Below are positions 48,135 through 59,232 of a DNA stretch of 64,000 nt, piece after piece. The notes below the pieces were generated by a model. It saw only the letters and a list, made by a program, of their open reading frames with translations, searched no databases and was not told the origin of the DNA. This DNA comes from an uncultured Verrucomicrobiae bacterium (GTDB taxonomy: Bacteria > Verrucomicrobiota > Verrucomicrobiia > Chthoniobacterales > Chthoniobacteraceae), in contig CAWHEP010000001.1 of assembly GCA_963828525.1 (NCBI GenBank), positions 128,001 through 192,000 of the forward strand, given 5' to 3'. The translations under genes and the position numbers were made by a program. Position 1 is the first letter of the stretch. Every line of letters begins with the position of its first letter.

Positions 48135-50413
48135 GCAGGGAACCGCCCAATGCATGCTGTGGTGAAAGCCACCAGCGGGAAGACCACGGCGCGCCCTCCG
48201 CGGCAGCCAAATTTTTCTGCCCGATGTGCACCGGGGTTGCGTCGGACAAACCGGGGGATTGTCCCAGGTGCGGGATGGCTCTGGAACGCAACTCCGCATG
48301 GAAGCCCCGGCAGACTTACACATGCCCAATGCATCCGGAGGTCACGCGGGAGGAACCCGGAGAGTGCCCCATCTGCGGCATGGCGCTGGAGTTGAAAATT
48401 TGGACCGCGCAGCCGGAGGCTAACGGCGAACTGGCTATCATGAATTTGCGCCTCTGGGTTGGCGCCCTGTTCGCGGCGCCCGTATTTCTGCTCGCGATGG
48501 CCCATATGGCGCCTCGCATCCCGCATTGGGTGATGGGAAGCGGCTCGCGTTGGGCGCAGTTCATCTTGTCTACCCCCGTAGTAGTTTGGGCAGGATCCCC
48601 ATTCTTCCTCCGTGGCTGGCGCTCGCTGCGCGCGCGGCATTTCAATATGTTCACCCTGATAGCGATCGGCGTGGGCGCCGCCTATCTCTACAGCGCGGTG
48701 GCTATGCTCATGCCCAGCCTCTTTCCTCAAGGCAGGGACGGTGTTGGCGTCTATTTCGAAGCGGCGGCGGTAATTGTGGTGCTGGTGCTGCTGGGGCAGG
48801 TGCTCGAACTGCGCGCCCGCAACCAGACGGGAAGCGCGATCAAGGCATTGCTAAACCTCGCCCCGGCCACGGCCTGCCTGGTGACGGATGGAGCGGAACA
48901 CGACGTGCCGCTCGATCAAGTCTCCAAAGGAGCGACGTTGCGAGTGCGCCCTGGGGATAAAGTTCCCTTGGACGGAGTTATTTTGGAAGGCAAGTCGCAT
49001 GTGGATGAATCAATGCTGACTGGAGAACCGATGCCTGTTGAAAAGAGCGGCGCGGACAAGGTCACCGGTGGCACCATCAACGGCACGGGCAGCTTCCTTA
49101 TGCGAGTCGAGCATGTCGGCAGCGAGACCATGCTGGCGCGCATTGTGCAGATGGTTGCGGAGGCGCAACGCAGCCGCGCTCCGATCCAGGCTCTCGCGGA
49201 TCGCGTCGCCGGCTGGTTCGTTCCATCCGTTTTTGGCATCGCCGCCCTAACTTTCCTTTTATGGTTCCTGCTTGGACCCGAGCCTCGCCTCGCCCACGCG
49301 CTTGTAAACGCCGTCGCTGTTCTTATCATCGCGTGCCCGTGCGCGCTGGGGCTTGCCACGCCCATGTCCATCATTGTTGGCATTGGCCGCGGCGCGCAAG
49401 CTGGCGTGCTCGTGAAGAATGCCGAGGCTATGGAACGCCTTGAAAAAGTGGGCGTCGTCGTTGTGGACAAGACCGGCACCCTCACGGAAGGCAAGCCTCG
49501 TCTGGTGGACATCCGCCCGTTGCCGGGCATTCAGGCGGACACCCTGCTGAAGGCTGCTGCCAGTGTTGAGCAGCAGAGTGAACATCCGTTGGCAGCGGCC
49601 ATTGTCGCGGGCGCCAGGGAGCGCGGCCTGGAGTTGCGAAGCTCGCTGGACTTCCAATCCACAACGGGCGGAGGCGTCTCGGCGCGTGTGGCTGGTGATG
49701 AGGTCCTCGTCGGCCAGTTCTCCTTCCTCCAGGCGAGGAACATCCCGGATCTTTCAGATCTCACCGTTGGCGCTGATTCGCTCCAGCGTGACGGCCAGAC
49801 CGTCATCTTTGTATCCATCGGCGGAAAACCGGCCGGTATCGTATCCGTTGCGGATCCGATTAGAACCTCCACCGCGGAAGCGGTTAAGTCGCTTCACGCC
49901 CTCGGGTTGAAGATCGTGATGCTGACCGGTGACAACCAGCATACCGCGGAAGCCGTGGCTCGGCGCCTTGGCATTGATGAAGTGGTGGCGGGCGCAAGCC
50001 CAGGTGACAAACATCGGCGCGTTCAGGCGCTCGTGAGTTCCGGAAACGTGGTCGCCATGGCGGGCGATGGCATCAACGACGCGCCCGCGCTTGCAGCCGC
50101 CAGTGTGGGCCTCGCGATGGGCACAGGCGCCGGCGTCGCCATCGAGAGCGCCGGCATTACATTGCTGCGCGGCGACCTGCGCGGCATAGCGCGCGCCGTT
50201 CGCCTCAGTCGCGCGCTCATGGGTAACATCCGGCAAAACCTCTTTTTCGCGTTTATCTATAATGCGCTCGGCATTCCCATAGCCGCAGGAGCGCTGTACC
50301 CGTTCTTTGGTCTTCTGCTTAGCCCTGTCATTGCCGGCGCCGCCATGAGCCTTAGCTCCGTATCTGTTATAGCAAACGCGCTGCGGCTGCGCGATGCAAA
50401 GCTGGACGGGTGA
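48131..50413 (+). CDS. copA: Cu(I)-translocating P1B-type ATPase
   Basis: Two CPM-type heavy-metal-binding repeats, TGE, CPC, DKTGT, HP, GDGIND, YN, MSLSS. Confidence 0.92.
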   Translation: MSREPPNACCGESHQREDHGAPSAAAKFFCPMCTGVASDKPGDCPRCGMALERNSAWKPRQTYTCPMHPEVTREEPGECPICGMALELKIWTAQPEANGELAIMNLRLWVGALFAAPVFLLAMAHMAPRIPHWVMGSGSRWAQFILSTPVVVWAGSPFFLRGWRSLRARHFNMFTLIAIGVGAAYLYSAVAMLMPSLFPQGRDGVGVYFEAAAVIVVLVLLGQVLELRARNQTGSAIKALLNLAPATACLVTDGAEHDVPLDQVSKGATLRVRPGDKVPLDGVILEGKSHVDESMLTGEPMPVEKSGADKVTGGTINGTGSFLMRVEHVGSETMLARIVQMVAEAQRSRAPIQALADRVAGWFVPSVFGIAALTFLLWFLLGPEPRLAHALVNAVAVLIIACPCALGLATPMSIIVGIGRGAQAGVLVKNAEAMERLEKVGVVVVDKTGTLTEGKPRLVDIRPLPGIQADTLLKAAASVEQQSEHPLAAAIVAGARERGLELRSSLDFQSTTGGGVSARVAGDEVLVGQFSFLQARNIPDLSDLTVGADSLQRDGQTVIFVSIGGKPAGIVSVADPIRTSTAEAVKSLHALGLKIVMLTGDNQHTAEAVARRLGIDEVVAGASPGDKHRRVQALVSSGNVVAMAGDGINDAPALAAASVGLAMGTGAGVAIESAGITLLRGDLRGIARAVRLSRALMGNIRQNLFFAFIYNALGIPIAAGALYPFFGLLLSPVIAGAAMSLSSVSVIANALRLRDAKLDG

Positions 50414-50431
50414 GTTATACTTGAGTTTGAT

Positions 50432-50965
50432 TTGAATAGCCGCTTTAGAACGAAACTCTGGGTCTGCGGCACCGCGTTGGTCGCGGGCTTGATGCTCTGT
50501 CTCCCCGTCTGCAGGAGCATCGCGCGGGATTGCATGAACTATAAAGTGCGTCATGATTTTCCTACTGTCCGGCGGATTTCTACCGCGCAGCTCGCCACTT
50601 GGTTGAAGGATAAGACACGCATTCATCCCGTTCTACTGGATGTCCGCACAGACGCCGAATATCAGGTGAGCCATCTCCAGAGTTCGGTTCGGGCGGAGCC
50701 CGGTTCCAATCCACATGAGGTAAACATCGCGAGAGACACTCCAATCGTAACTTATTGCTCAGTCGGGTATCGCTCCGCGGCTTTTGCGAAGACGCTCAAC
50801 GACGCGGGTTATAAAAACGTCGTAAACCTTGAAGGCTCGATCTTTCAGTGGGCCGAGGAGGGCAGGCCGCTGGAGAGTGCTGGGCGTGTAGCTCACGAGG
50901 TCCACCCGTACAACTCGACGTGGGCGCTGCTGCTGGACAAGCCTCTTCGCGCGAAGCTTCCCTGA
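50432..50965 (+). CDS. Rhodanese-like protein, probably exported
   Basis: LLDVR, SHL, YCSVGYRS, NLEGSIFQW. Confidence 0.85.
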   Translation: MNSRFRTKLWVCGTALVAGLMLCLPVCRSIARDCMNYKVRHDFPTVRRISTAQLATWLKDKTRIHPVLLDVRTDAEYQVSHLQSSVRAEPGSNPHEVNIARDTPIVTYCSVGYRSAAFAKTLNDAGYKNVVNLEGSIFQWAEEGRPLESAGRVAHEVHPYNSTWALLLDKPLRAKLP

Positions 50966-50969
50966 GTGC

Positions 50970-52148
50970 TTAAGCTTTTTGAAGCGCGCCGCGCGTCGAA
51001 GCCCATCTCTCAATGGTTCGGAAGTAGCAAGTTTCCAGGACGCTGACTTGCCTCTCCTGCTCAAACCCCGTCGCCACTTCTCGTGCCGCCGCAACGCACA
51101 TGTCGTTGTATCGCGCGGGGTCTGCCACGAGATCGAGCATCGCGCGGCCAAGTGCCGCGTGGTCCCGCTCCGCGACTAATATGCCTCCGTCCTTTACGGC
51201 CTCAGGTATCCCTCCATGCAGAGTGGCAAGAACTGGCAGCCCAGTCGCCATCGCCTCCAGCATGGAGTTGGGCACTCCCTCCTGATTTCCATCCGAGGCG
51301 ACTTCGCTGGGATGCACAAAGGCATGAGACGCGATATACAGCGCCCGCAGTTGATCTTGCGAAAGAAATCCCGCAAACTTCACGCTGTTCCCGACGCCCA
51401 GTTCACCGGCAAGCCTCTTCAATTCTCCCAGGTCTGGCCCCTCTCCCGCAATCGTGAATTCTGCCAGTGGGAATCGTCGCGCGAACTCCGCAAAAGCGCG
51501 CAGACTCGCGCGCAAGCCTTTCTTCGGAATGAGTCGGCAAGCTTGAACGAATCGCCACGCTCCATCCGGGGGCGGCTGCCGTCTGACGAACGGGAAATCA
51601 TTTAGAGGTATGCCCGTGCGGTGAATAGTCACCTTCCCCTCATCGCAGCCAGCGGCTATCACGCGTTCGGCGAGCGATCTAGACCGGACGACGACATGAT
51701 CTACCAACCGCAGCATCTCGCGCGAGGCTGCGAGGTGCATCGGTTTATCTAAATCCACTACAGAGTCTGCTCCATGGAACGAGACAAGCGCGGGTAGTTG
51801 CTTTGTCCGCAGGAAGGGCAGAAGGCAAACTGCGATATGACCAAAGTAGATGTGCAGAAGCGATGCGTTGCTCGCTTTCAGTCTATTCGCAAGCCTGCGG
51901 GACTCCGACCCATAGATCTGTATCGGACGATTTAGAATCTGCTTTTGCCAGGCTCTTCTGATCCACCGGGTCGCAGGCTTGGGCAATACTACGAGGTCCT
52001 TGAACGGGAAAACATCCGCATTCTCGCGGCTTTGCGTGAACACCACTGGCTTGCACGCTTTCATCCCCGAGATTTGCCGGTAGATGTGTAACATCTCCGG
52101 CTTCAGGAACGTCGCGCAATACTGCGCCACAACCGGACGCTCAGCCAT
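50970..52148 (-). CDS. GT4 glycosyltransferase (WcaL-like)
   Basis: SFHGAD, RLIPKKG, EGVPNSMLEAMATGLPV, HGGIPE. Confidence 0.88.
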   Translation of the reverse strand: MAERPVVAQYCATFLKPEMLHIYRQISGMKACKPVVFTQSRENADVFPFKDLVVLPKPATRWIRRAWQKQILNRPIQIYGSESRRLANRLKASNASLLHIYFGHIAVCLLPFLRTKQLPALVSFHGADSVVDLDKPMHLAASREMLRLVDHVVVRSRSLAERVIAAGCDEGKVTIHRTGIPLNDFPFVRRQPPPDGAWRFVQACRLIPKKGLRASLRAFAEFARRFPLAEFTIAGEGPDLGELKRLAGELGVGNSVKFAGFLSQDQLRALYIASHAFVHPSEVASDGNQEGVPNSMLEAMATGLPVLATLHGGIPEAVKDGGILVAERDHAALGRAMLDLVADPARYNDMCVAAAREVATGFEQERQVSVLETCYFRTIERWASTRGALQKA

Positions 52149-52177
52149 CGGTTGTGGCAGTAAGGACAAGGAGTTTC

Positions 52178-52528
52178 TTAGAACTCCACCGAAAAAAGCA
52201 CCCAACCGGGCGAGTGGGCGTTATAGTTCTTGGGTCCCTGCTGTGGGTCGTCATCATGCACAGATACGAACCGCTGCCCGCTGCCATACTCCCTGGGGGC
52301 GAGGGGGTTTACCATCTGAAGGGGATTGCCAGAGCGCACACCCTCTACGATTCCGCCTTGAACCTGTGAAGCGGGGGGCGTTTGCGCCACTGGGCGGGTG
52401 CGGTAGTGCTGGCTGATTGGCGCTGAAAATGTGTTTCCGCGCACCTTGGCGCGCGGTCTGAGATCCTGCGCGTTGGCAGTAGCAAGAGCGACGAGCAGTG
52501 AGAGCGAGACGAACGTTGATTTTTTCAT
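52178..52528 (-). CDS. Small secreted hypothetical protein
   Basis: Signal peptide MKKSTFVSLSLLVALATANA, NPLQMVNPLAPREYGSG, ends ...LFSVEF. Confidence 0.6.
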   Translation of the reverse strand: MKKSTFVSLSLLVALATANAQDLRPRAKVRGNTFSAPISQHYRTRPVAQTPPASQVQGGIVEGVRSGNPLQMVNPLAPREYGSGQRFVSVHDDDPQQGPKNYNAHSPGWVLFSVEF

Positions 52529-52750
52529 AATTGAAATCCTCCACAGTTAATTCGTGACTCCATCCTGACATGGCCGGGCGCGATTCGGAAGAGGAATTCG
52601 AGCCTGTTTCGCCAGAGAGTTCAGCGTCAAAAACGCGCTCGCCGTGGGCATATGCATCCTCGTTTCTGCATCACGGCGCGTCGATTCTGCTCCCGCTTCC
52701 TGAAACTTACGCCTGTCCATTCTTCTCCGAACCCGCTAATCCATTTTCGC

Positions 52751-53767
52751 ATGGTCATGCCCCTGAACACGCCGCTCCCTGAAGACGATGTCGATGCGAT
52801 CGATGAACTGCGAAAAGTATACGGGCAGTTAAACGCCGAATTGAGCAAGATCATCGTTGGTCAGCAGCAGGTGATCGAGCAATTGGCCATTTGTCTTTTC
52901 GCCCGCGGGCACGCGCTCCTTCTCGGAGTACCTGGCTTGGCGAAGACCCTCCTCATCAGCCGCCTGGCGGAGACGATGTCGCTCACTTTCAGCCGCATCC
53001 AATTCACTCCGGATTTGATGCCGATGGATATTACGGGCACAGACATCCTCCAGGAACTCCCGGGAGGGCGGCGGGCGTTCGAGTTCGCCAAAGGACCGGT
53101 ATTCGCCAACATCGTCCTTGCTGATGAGATCAATCGGGCCCCATCCAAAACCCAGGCAGCCATGCTCGAGGCGATGCAGGAACACCGCGTCACCATCGCC
53201 GGCCGCACATACGTGCTCGACTCTCCCTTCTTCGTGCTTGCCACTCAGAACCCGATCGAACAGGAAGGAACCTATCCACTCCCGGAGGCGCAACTTGATC
53301 GCTTTATGTTCATGATCGGCGTGGACTACCCATCCCGCGCGGAGGAGATTGAGATCGCGCGGAACACCACTGGCATGACGCTTCCCAAGCTCGATCACGT
53401 GCTGGACGGCGCCAAGGTGATCGCCTTCCAGGACCTCGTGCGCCGCGTTCCCGTGCCGGATCATCTTTACGAGTTTGCCGTCGATCTTGCCCGCCGAACA
53501 CGTCCCGCCAGCAACGAATCTCCCGCATGGTTAAAGCCGCTCGTTAGCTGGGGCGCCGGCCCTCGCGCCGCTCAATATCTGATTCTCGGCGCAAAGGCGC
53601 GCGCCGCCCTTCACGGCAGCTACGCCGTCCGGTTGGAGGACATAATCCAGGTCGCGGACCCGGTTCTGCGTCACCGGGTGATGACGACGTTTACGGCAGA
53701 GAGCGAAGGAATTACGAGCCGTGATCTTACGAAGCGCCTCGTCGATGAACTGAGCAAGGTTGCCTGA
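52751..53767 (+). CDS. MoxR-family AAA+ ATPase
   Basis: GVPGLAKT, RIQFTPDLMP, LADEINR, ATQNPIEQEGTYPLPEAQLDRF. Confidence 0.94.
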   Translation: MVMPLNTPLPEDDVDAIDELRKVYGQLNAELSKIIVGQQQVIEQLAICLFARGHALLLGVPGLAKTLLISRLAETMSLTFSRIQFTPDLMPMDITGTDILQELPGGRRAFEFAKGPVFANIVLADEINRAPSKTQAAMLEAMQEHRVTIAGRTYVLDSPFFVLATQNPIEQEGTYPLPEAQLDRFMFMIGVDYPSRAEEIEIARNTTGMTLPKLDHVLDGAKVIAFQDLVRRVPVPDHLYEFAVDLARRTRPASNESPAWLKPLVSWGAGPRAAQYLILGAKARAALHGSYAVRLEDIIQVADPVLRHRVMTTFTAESEGITSRDLTKRLVDELSKVA

Positions 53768-53771
53768 TCGC

Positions 53772-54668
53772 ATGGCCGAGCGTTCCTTTTTGGATCCGGC
53801 CGTCCTTGGCCGCCTCAAGGCTCTCCCGCTTCACGCGCGCCATGCCATGCTTGGGAGCGTCTCCGGCAAGCACCGCAGCCCTGTGCGCGGTTCGTCCCTG
53901 GAATTTGCGCAGTACCGCAAATACGTCGCTGGCGACGACACTCGCCGCCTGGACTGGCGCACATGGGGGCGCAGCGACCGCTTCTACATAAAGGAGTTCG
54001 AAGCGGATACAAACCTCCGGCTTTGTCTTCTCATCGATACGAGCGGCTCGATGGGCTATGGCCCCGCGGGCAAGACCCGCCTCGACCTCGCGCGAAAGCT
54101 TGCCGGTACCCTTGGCTACTTTGCCGCGGAGCAGGGTGATGCTGTTGGCCTTTGGAGCTTGGCGGATGAACCCATCGAGATTCCCGCGAAACGCGGAGCG
54201 GCGCACCTCGGCCTCGTTCTGGATCAGATGGCCGGCATTAAGCCGCTGGGCGGCACAACGTTGATCGCCGCCCTCCATGATGCTGCTGAAAAAGTCCGAC
54301 AGCGCGCTCTCATTGTTGTGCTCTCCGATTTCTTCGTTACTCCCGCGGACTTAAAGTCGGCCATCCAGCATCTCCGTTTTCGCAGGCATGACGTCGCGGC
54401 ATTCCATCTTCTCGACCAGAACGAACTCGATTTTGAATTCGACCAGCCCGCGCGGTTCACGGACATGGAAGGTGGGGAGGCCGTGCTGGCTGATCCCTCC
54501 CTTATCGCGAGGAACTACCGCGAAGCGGTGCGGCAATATCTGGCTGAGATGGAAGAACTCGCGCGCGTCACCGGCCTTGATTACCACCGGGTGAAGCTGC
54601 ACGAGCGTTATGACGACGCGCTGGTCCGCTTCCTTTTGGCTCGCACCCCGAAACTCGGAGCGCGATGA
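53772..54668 (+). CDS. DUF58 protein
   Basis: GKHRS..RGSSLEFAQYR.Y..GDD.RRLDW, IDTSGSM, VLSDF. Confidence 0.9.
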   Translation: MAERSFLDPAVLGRLKALPLHARHAMLGSVSGKHRSPVRGSSLEFAQYRKYVAGDDTRRLDWRTWGRSDRFYIKEFEADTNLRLCLLIDTSGSMGYGPAGKTRLDLARKLAGTLGYFAAEQGDAVGLWSLADEPIEIPAKRGAAHLGLVLDQMAGIKPLGGTTLIAALHDAAEKVRQRALIVVLSDFFVTPADLKSAIQHLRFRRHDVAAFHLLDQNELDFEFDQPARFTDMEGGEAVLADPSLIARNYREAVRQYLAEMEELARVTGLDYHRVKLHERYDDALVRFLLARTPKLGAR

Positions 54669-56686
54669 CCTTCCTTCAGCCGGCGGCGCTCGCCGCGTTG
54701 CCTGTCGCCGCGCTGCCCGTTGTTGTGCATCTCATCCACCTGTACCGCCGTCGCCAGGTGAGATGGGCTGCAATGATCTTCCTCCGCGCGGCGTTGCGGA
54801 TGAACAAAGGCCTTTCGCGTCTGCGGCAGATTTTGATTTTGACATGCCGCGTTCTTGCGGTTGCGGCAATTCTCTTTGTCATTGCGAGGCCATTGGCTGG
54901 CGGTTGGCTCGGGCTGACAGGCGGCGCGCCGGACACCGTTCTTATCCTGCTGGATCGCTCAGCCAGTATGGAGCAGCAGAACCTCGTTTCCGGCCTCACC
55001 AAACGGGTGGCGGGGCTGCGCAGTGTGAGCAAAGCAATTGGCGACGCCGTGGGGACCCGCTCACGTTTGGTGCTCATAGACAGCGCTCTCGAAAAGCCGA
55101 TTCTCCTTCCGAGGGCGGATGCTCTCCTGGATCTGCCGCAGGCTGGCCCGACCGATACCGCTGCTGACATACCCGCGCTCATGCAGAGCGCTCTCGATTA
55201 CATCACCAGGAATAAGACAGGCCGTACCGACGTGTGGCTGCTCAGTGATCTGCAGCGGACCGATTGGGATGCGTCCAGCGGCCGGTGGAGCAGCCTTCGC
55301 GCTTCGTTTGCCGCCTTGCAAGGCGTTCGCTTCCATCTCCTCTGTTACTCCCAGGCCGCTCCGGACGATCTTGGTATCTGGGTGGATCATGTCGCGCGGC
55401 GCGCAATGGGTGAAAAAGCCGCACTGCTGCTTGACATCAAACTCACGCGTCACGCCGCGCATCCGCAGCCTTTGGAAGTGCCGTTGCGCGTTGTCATCAA
55501 TGGGGCCGCTACCACGCTGAGAGTGACGCTGAACCAAAATCAGCTCGTGATGCAAGCGTGCGCCATCCCCATCGACAAGGCGGTGAAGCGGGGATGGGGT
55601 TACGTTGAACTACCGGCTGATTCTTTCCCGGCAAACAATACCTTCTATTTTGTTTTTGATGATCCGCCTGTCCTCCGTTCCGTCGTCGTCTCCGATGACG
55701 ACGAGATTTCGAACCCTCTGAGCGCGGCCCTTTCCGCGAGCGCGGATCCCGCTCGGCAGTACGCCTGCGCGGTTCTCGGCTCCAAACGCGCAGCGGAAAT
55801 AGCCTGGTCTGACACCGCCCTCGTTGTCTGGAATGCGCCTATCCCAAAACCCGGGGACGCGCTGGAACGTCAGCTCAAGGAACAGGCCGCCGCGGGACGC
55901 GCGATTCTTTTCCTGCCTACTGAGTCCCTTGATTCAACTGCTATTTTTGGATTGCAATGGAACCAATGGCAATCCGCGCCAGGCGGGAAGCCTCTCTCGG
56001 TGGAGTGGTGGCGAAACGACGCGGGTCTCCTTGCTAACACACAGGATGGAGCCGCCCTGCCACTCGGAACACTCGAAGTCTCGCGTCACTGCGCCGTCGC
56101 GGGTGATGGCATCCCTCTCGCGCGCATTGAAGGAGGCGGCACCCTCCTTATGCGGTCCTCCATGGAGCAGGCGCAAGCCGTCTTTTTTATGGGGATTACC
56201 CCCGCGCCCGCTTCCTCAAGTCTTGCCCGCGACGGGGTGGTGATGTTTGCTTTGTTGCAGCGAGCGCTGAACCAGGGCGCCCAAACCCTGGGCAAAGCTC
56301 AGCAGCGACTCGCCTCTTCCGCGGCGCTACCTCCCGAAACTTCCAAGTGGCGCGCCATCCAACCCAAAAGCGACGCTCTTATGACCGAAGCGCTTCCTTT
56401 GCGGGCGGGCGTATTTGCTTCCGACGACCGGCTTGTCGCGCTGAATCGTCCACCGGGTGAAGATGCCCCGGAAACACTCTCGGCACAGATTCTCAACGAG
56501 ACATTCGCCGGCCTTGATTTCACGGTGGTTGCCGACACGCTTGAAGAGGGACGCAGCCTGACGAATGAGGTGTGGCGCACCTTCCTGCTTGTGATGGCGG
56601 TCGCTCTTCTCGGTGAGGCGCTTCTCTGCATGCCACCACGCCGTTCTGTTAACCAGGGCAAGCCTCTCGCGTCGCCGGTGTCATGA
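54665..56686 (+). CDS. BatA N-terminal/VWA domain membrane protein
   Basis: MTFLQP...LPVVVHL...WAAM, ARP, LLDRSASM, LSD. Confidence 0.8.
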   Translation: MTFLQPAALAALPVAALPVVVHLIHLYRRRQVRWAAMIFLRAALRMNKGLSRLRQILILTCRVLAVAAILFVIARPLAGGWLGLTGGAPDTVLILLDRSASMEQQNLVSGLTKRVAGLRSVSKAIGDAVGTRSRLVLIDSALEKPILLPRADALLDLPQAGPTDTAADIPALMQSALDYITRNKTGRTDVWLLSDLQRTDWDASSGRWSSLRASFAALQGVRFHLLCYSQAAPDDLGIWVDHVARRAMGEKAALLLDIKLTRHAAHPQPLEVPLRVVINGAATTLRVTLNQNQLVMQACAIPIDKAVKRGWGYVELPADSFPANNTFYFVFDDPPVLRSVVVSDDDEISNPLSAALSASADPARQYACAVLGSKRAAEIAWSDTALVVWNAPIPKPGDALERQLKEQAAAGRAILFLPTESLDSTAIFGLQWNQWQSAPGGKPLSVEWWRNDAGLLANTQDGAALPLGTLEVSRHCAVAGDGIPLARIEGGGTLLMRSSMEQAQAVFFMGITPAPASSSLARDGVVMFALLQRALNQGAQTLGKAQQRLASSAALPPETSKWRAIQPKSDALMTEALPLRAGVFASDDRLVALNRPPGEDAPETLSAQILNETFAGLDFTVVADTLEEGRSLTNEVWRTFLLVMAVALLGEALLCMPPRRSVNQGKPLASPVS

Positions 56687-58887
56687 AGCCCGCCAGTCAG
56701 TCCCTCGTTTTTACCTGCGCCCCATGGTCCATCGCGGCGGGCATTGCATTCATATTCATCATAGCGTGCCTTGCATGGCTGGCATGGAAACGCAGCGGAT
56801 TCCGCAAAGCGACTCTTTGGCTTGAAGCGCTCCGCGTCCTTATGGCGGTAGGCATTGCCATCACCCTGAACCAGCCGGAATGGCGCGAAGTGTTCAAACC
56901 CGGATCCAAACCCAGTCTGGTGTTGCTTGTTGATTCCTCACGCTCCATGGAAACACGTGACGTCACCAATACCGCGGATACTGTAGCGGCGCCCCGCTCG
57001 CGGACTGACGAAGCGCGACCATTGATCAACCCCTCCCTGTGGAAGGATGTCGCCAATCGCATGGATGTCACAGTCGAGACATTCTCCTCGAGCCAGCAGC
57101 CGCCGGAGGAAGGCACGGACATCAACACCGCTCTCCTTCAGGCTTCCGCAAAGCACCCGCGGCTTGGCGCCGTCGTCCTCCTTAGCGATGGTGATTGGAA
57201 CACCGGAGACACCCCGGCGGAAGCCGCCATGCGTCTCCGGATGCGCGATGTGCCCGTATTCACCGTCCCCATCGGCTCTGAGAGTCGCCTCCCTGATTTT
57301 GAACTCACCAGCTTCGACGTTCCCGCTTTCGCCGTCGCGGGCAAGCCGCTGCGCATCCCGTTTTCCATAGACAGTTCGCTCCCCCGGGACGAGCCCGCTG
57401 TGGTCGAAATGAAAACATCTGCCGGCGAGTTGATAACCAAGTCCGTCGTGATCCCGGCGATGAGCCGGTTGCAGGATGTCATCGCCTGGAAGCCGGATCG
57501 CCCCGGGGAGGTCACCCTTACTCTCACCGTTCCAAAATCAAACGGCCAAAAGCTCCTCCATAACAACAGCATCGAAGCTCCCCTTTCGATTCGAAAAGAG
57601 CAGCTTCACGTGCTGATTCTCGAAACATTTCCCCGTTGGGAATACCGGTATCTGCGCAATGCTTTGGAACGCGATCCGGGCGCGCAGGTCAACTGCCTGC
57701 TGCTTCACCCCGATCTCGGCTCCGCGGGCGTCGGTCGCGGTTACCTCCGGTCTTTTCCCAAGGATGACGAAATGACCAAATACGATGTCGTCTTCCTGGG
57801 AGACGTCGGCGCCGGCCCCGGCCAGCTTACAAATGAACAATGCGGCGTTCTTCAAAAGCTCGTGCGCGACCAGGCCGCTGGCCTCGTCTTTATGCCTGGT
57901 TTGCGTGGATACGAAGGCTCCTTGCAGGGCACCGCTCTCAGCGACCTCATCCCGATTGTTTGGGATGACGCGCAACCTCGCGGCTACGGCACATCCTCAC
58001 CCGGCAAATTCGCTCTCACGGAATTGGGTATGCGCAGTCTCCTGACGAAGCTGGAAGACACTGACGATGCCAATGAGCGGCTCTGGCAGTCACTGCCCGG
58101 TTTTCAATGGTACGCGCCCGCGGCTCGGGCGAAAGCCGGTTCAGAGATATTGGCGACGCACGCCACCGAGACCAACCGCTTCGGGCGCATTCCCCTCATC
58201 GTCACAAAGACCTATGGGGCCGGTAAGATTCTGTTTATGGGCACTGACGGCGCATGGCGCTGGCGTCGTGGCGTCGAGGATAGATACCACTACCGCTTCT
58301 GGGGCCAGGTTGTGCGATGGATGGCTTATCAACGAAACATGTCCCAAGGAGACAAGATGCGTCTCTTCTATTCGCCGGATCGGCCGCGCGCGGGAGCCGT
58401 CCTCAGCTTGAATGCGAACGTCACCAGCTTGGGCGGCGAACCGCTTCGCGACGGCGTTGTCATCGCGCAAATCACCGCTCCTTCTGGGAAAACGGTGAGC
58501 GTCCGCCTCGCTCCAGCGGGCGAAGAGGCATGGGGCTTGTTCACAGGAATCTTCAATCCGACCGAGCCTGGCGACCACCGCGTGCGGCTCTCCTGTGCCG
58601 ACGCTGGTTCCGCGTTGGACGCCATAATATCCGTGCAGGGCTCGGCTCGCGAAAAAATCGGTCAACCCGCCAAGTTTGACGTCCTCCGCGAAATCTCGAA
58701 ACTGACCCGCGGCAGGATGCTCCCGACAGCCGATCCTGCGGCGCTTGCCGCCGCCATCAAGGCCCTTCCGCAACCCCAGCTTGAAGAGCGCCGGGTGCAA
58801 CTTTGGGCGCGCCCCGAATGGGCGGGGTTCCTTGTCTTTTTACTCTGTGTGTTCTGGATTGGAAGGAAAGTCGCTGGAACTTTCTGA
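56683..58887 (+). CDS. VWA plus glutamine-amidotransferase-like domain membrane protein
   Basis: VDSSRSM, LLSDGDWN, PRWEYRYL, YGAGK, WRWR, RFWGQVVRW. Confidence 0.75.
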   Translation: MKPASQSLVFTCAPWSIAAGIAFIFIIACLAWLAWKRSGFRKATLWLEALRVLMAVGIAITLNQPEWREVFKPGSKPSLVLLVDSSRSMETRDVTNTADTVAAPRSRTDEARPLINPSLWKDVANRMDVTVETFSSSQQPPEEGTDINTALLQASAKHPRLGAVVLLSDGDWNTGDTPAEAAMRLRMRDVPVFTVPIGSESRLPDFELTSFDVPAFAVAGKPLRIPFSIDSSLPRDEPAVVEMKTSAGELITKSVVIPAMSRLQDVIAWKPDRPGEVTLTLTVPKSNGQKLLHNNSIEAPLSIRKEQLHVLILETFPRWEYRYLRNALERDPGAQVNCLLLHPDLGSAGVGRGYLRSFPKDDEMTKYDVVFLGDVGAGPGQLTNEQCGVLQKLVRDQAAGLVFMPGLRGYEGSLQGTALSDLIPIVWDDAQPRGYGTSSPGKFALTELGMRSLLTKLEDTDDANERLWQSLPGFQWYAPAARAKAGSEILATHATETNRFGRIPLIVTKTYGAGKILFMGTDGAWRWRRGVEDRYHYRFWGQVVRWMAYQRNMSQGDKMRLFYSPDRPRAGAVLSLNANVTSLGGEPLRDGVVIAQITAPSGKTVSVRLAPAGEEAWGLFTGIFNPTEPGDHRVRLSCADAGSALDAIISVQGSAREKIGQPAKFDVLREISKLTRGRMLPTADPAALAAAIKALPQPQLEERRVQLWARPEWAGFLVFLLCVFWIGRKVAGTF

Positions 58888-58966
58888 AGAGCTCGGCCAC
58901 GAGGGGACGCGTCTTTCGTCGTTCAATGGTCAGCGCAGATCGAGCATACTGCGTTCACACTCGAGG

Positions 58967-59224
58967 CTAACTAGGCGCTGCCGCTGGCGGATTCGCTGGC
59001 TTGGCTGGCGGGGGAAGAACCTTCTGTTCCAGTCGCCTGACCGTCAGTTCCAGCTTCTGGACGCGGCTGAAAAGCCGCTCCGCGAGTTTCCTGGTCTCGG
59101 CAGGGATTGTAACGCATTCCTCGCAATGGAATCTGGTGGCGAGGCACCCCTTTAGCGGGTATTCGAACTGTTTGCCGCATGCGCGGCAGGTGCGAATGCG
59201 GGTGGCGGGTTGAGGCTTCGACAC
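58967..59224 (-). CDS. Small Zn-ribbon plus coiled-coil hypothetical protein
   Basis: CRAC...CEEC then LELTVRRLE; starts 8 nt after the ferredoxin gene stop. Confidence 0.6.
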   Translation of the reverse strand: MSKPQPATRIRTCRACGKQFEYPLKGCLATRFHCEECVTIPAETRKLAERLFSRVQKLELTVRRLEQKVLPPPAKPANPPAAAPS

Positions 59225-59232
59225 GGAATCAA

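Noticed and set aside
48135..48165. 34-nt overlap of the oxidase C-terminus with the ATPase
   Set aside because: Better explained by one missing C at 48067-48070; the corrected frame stops at 48134.
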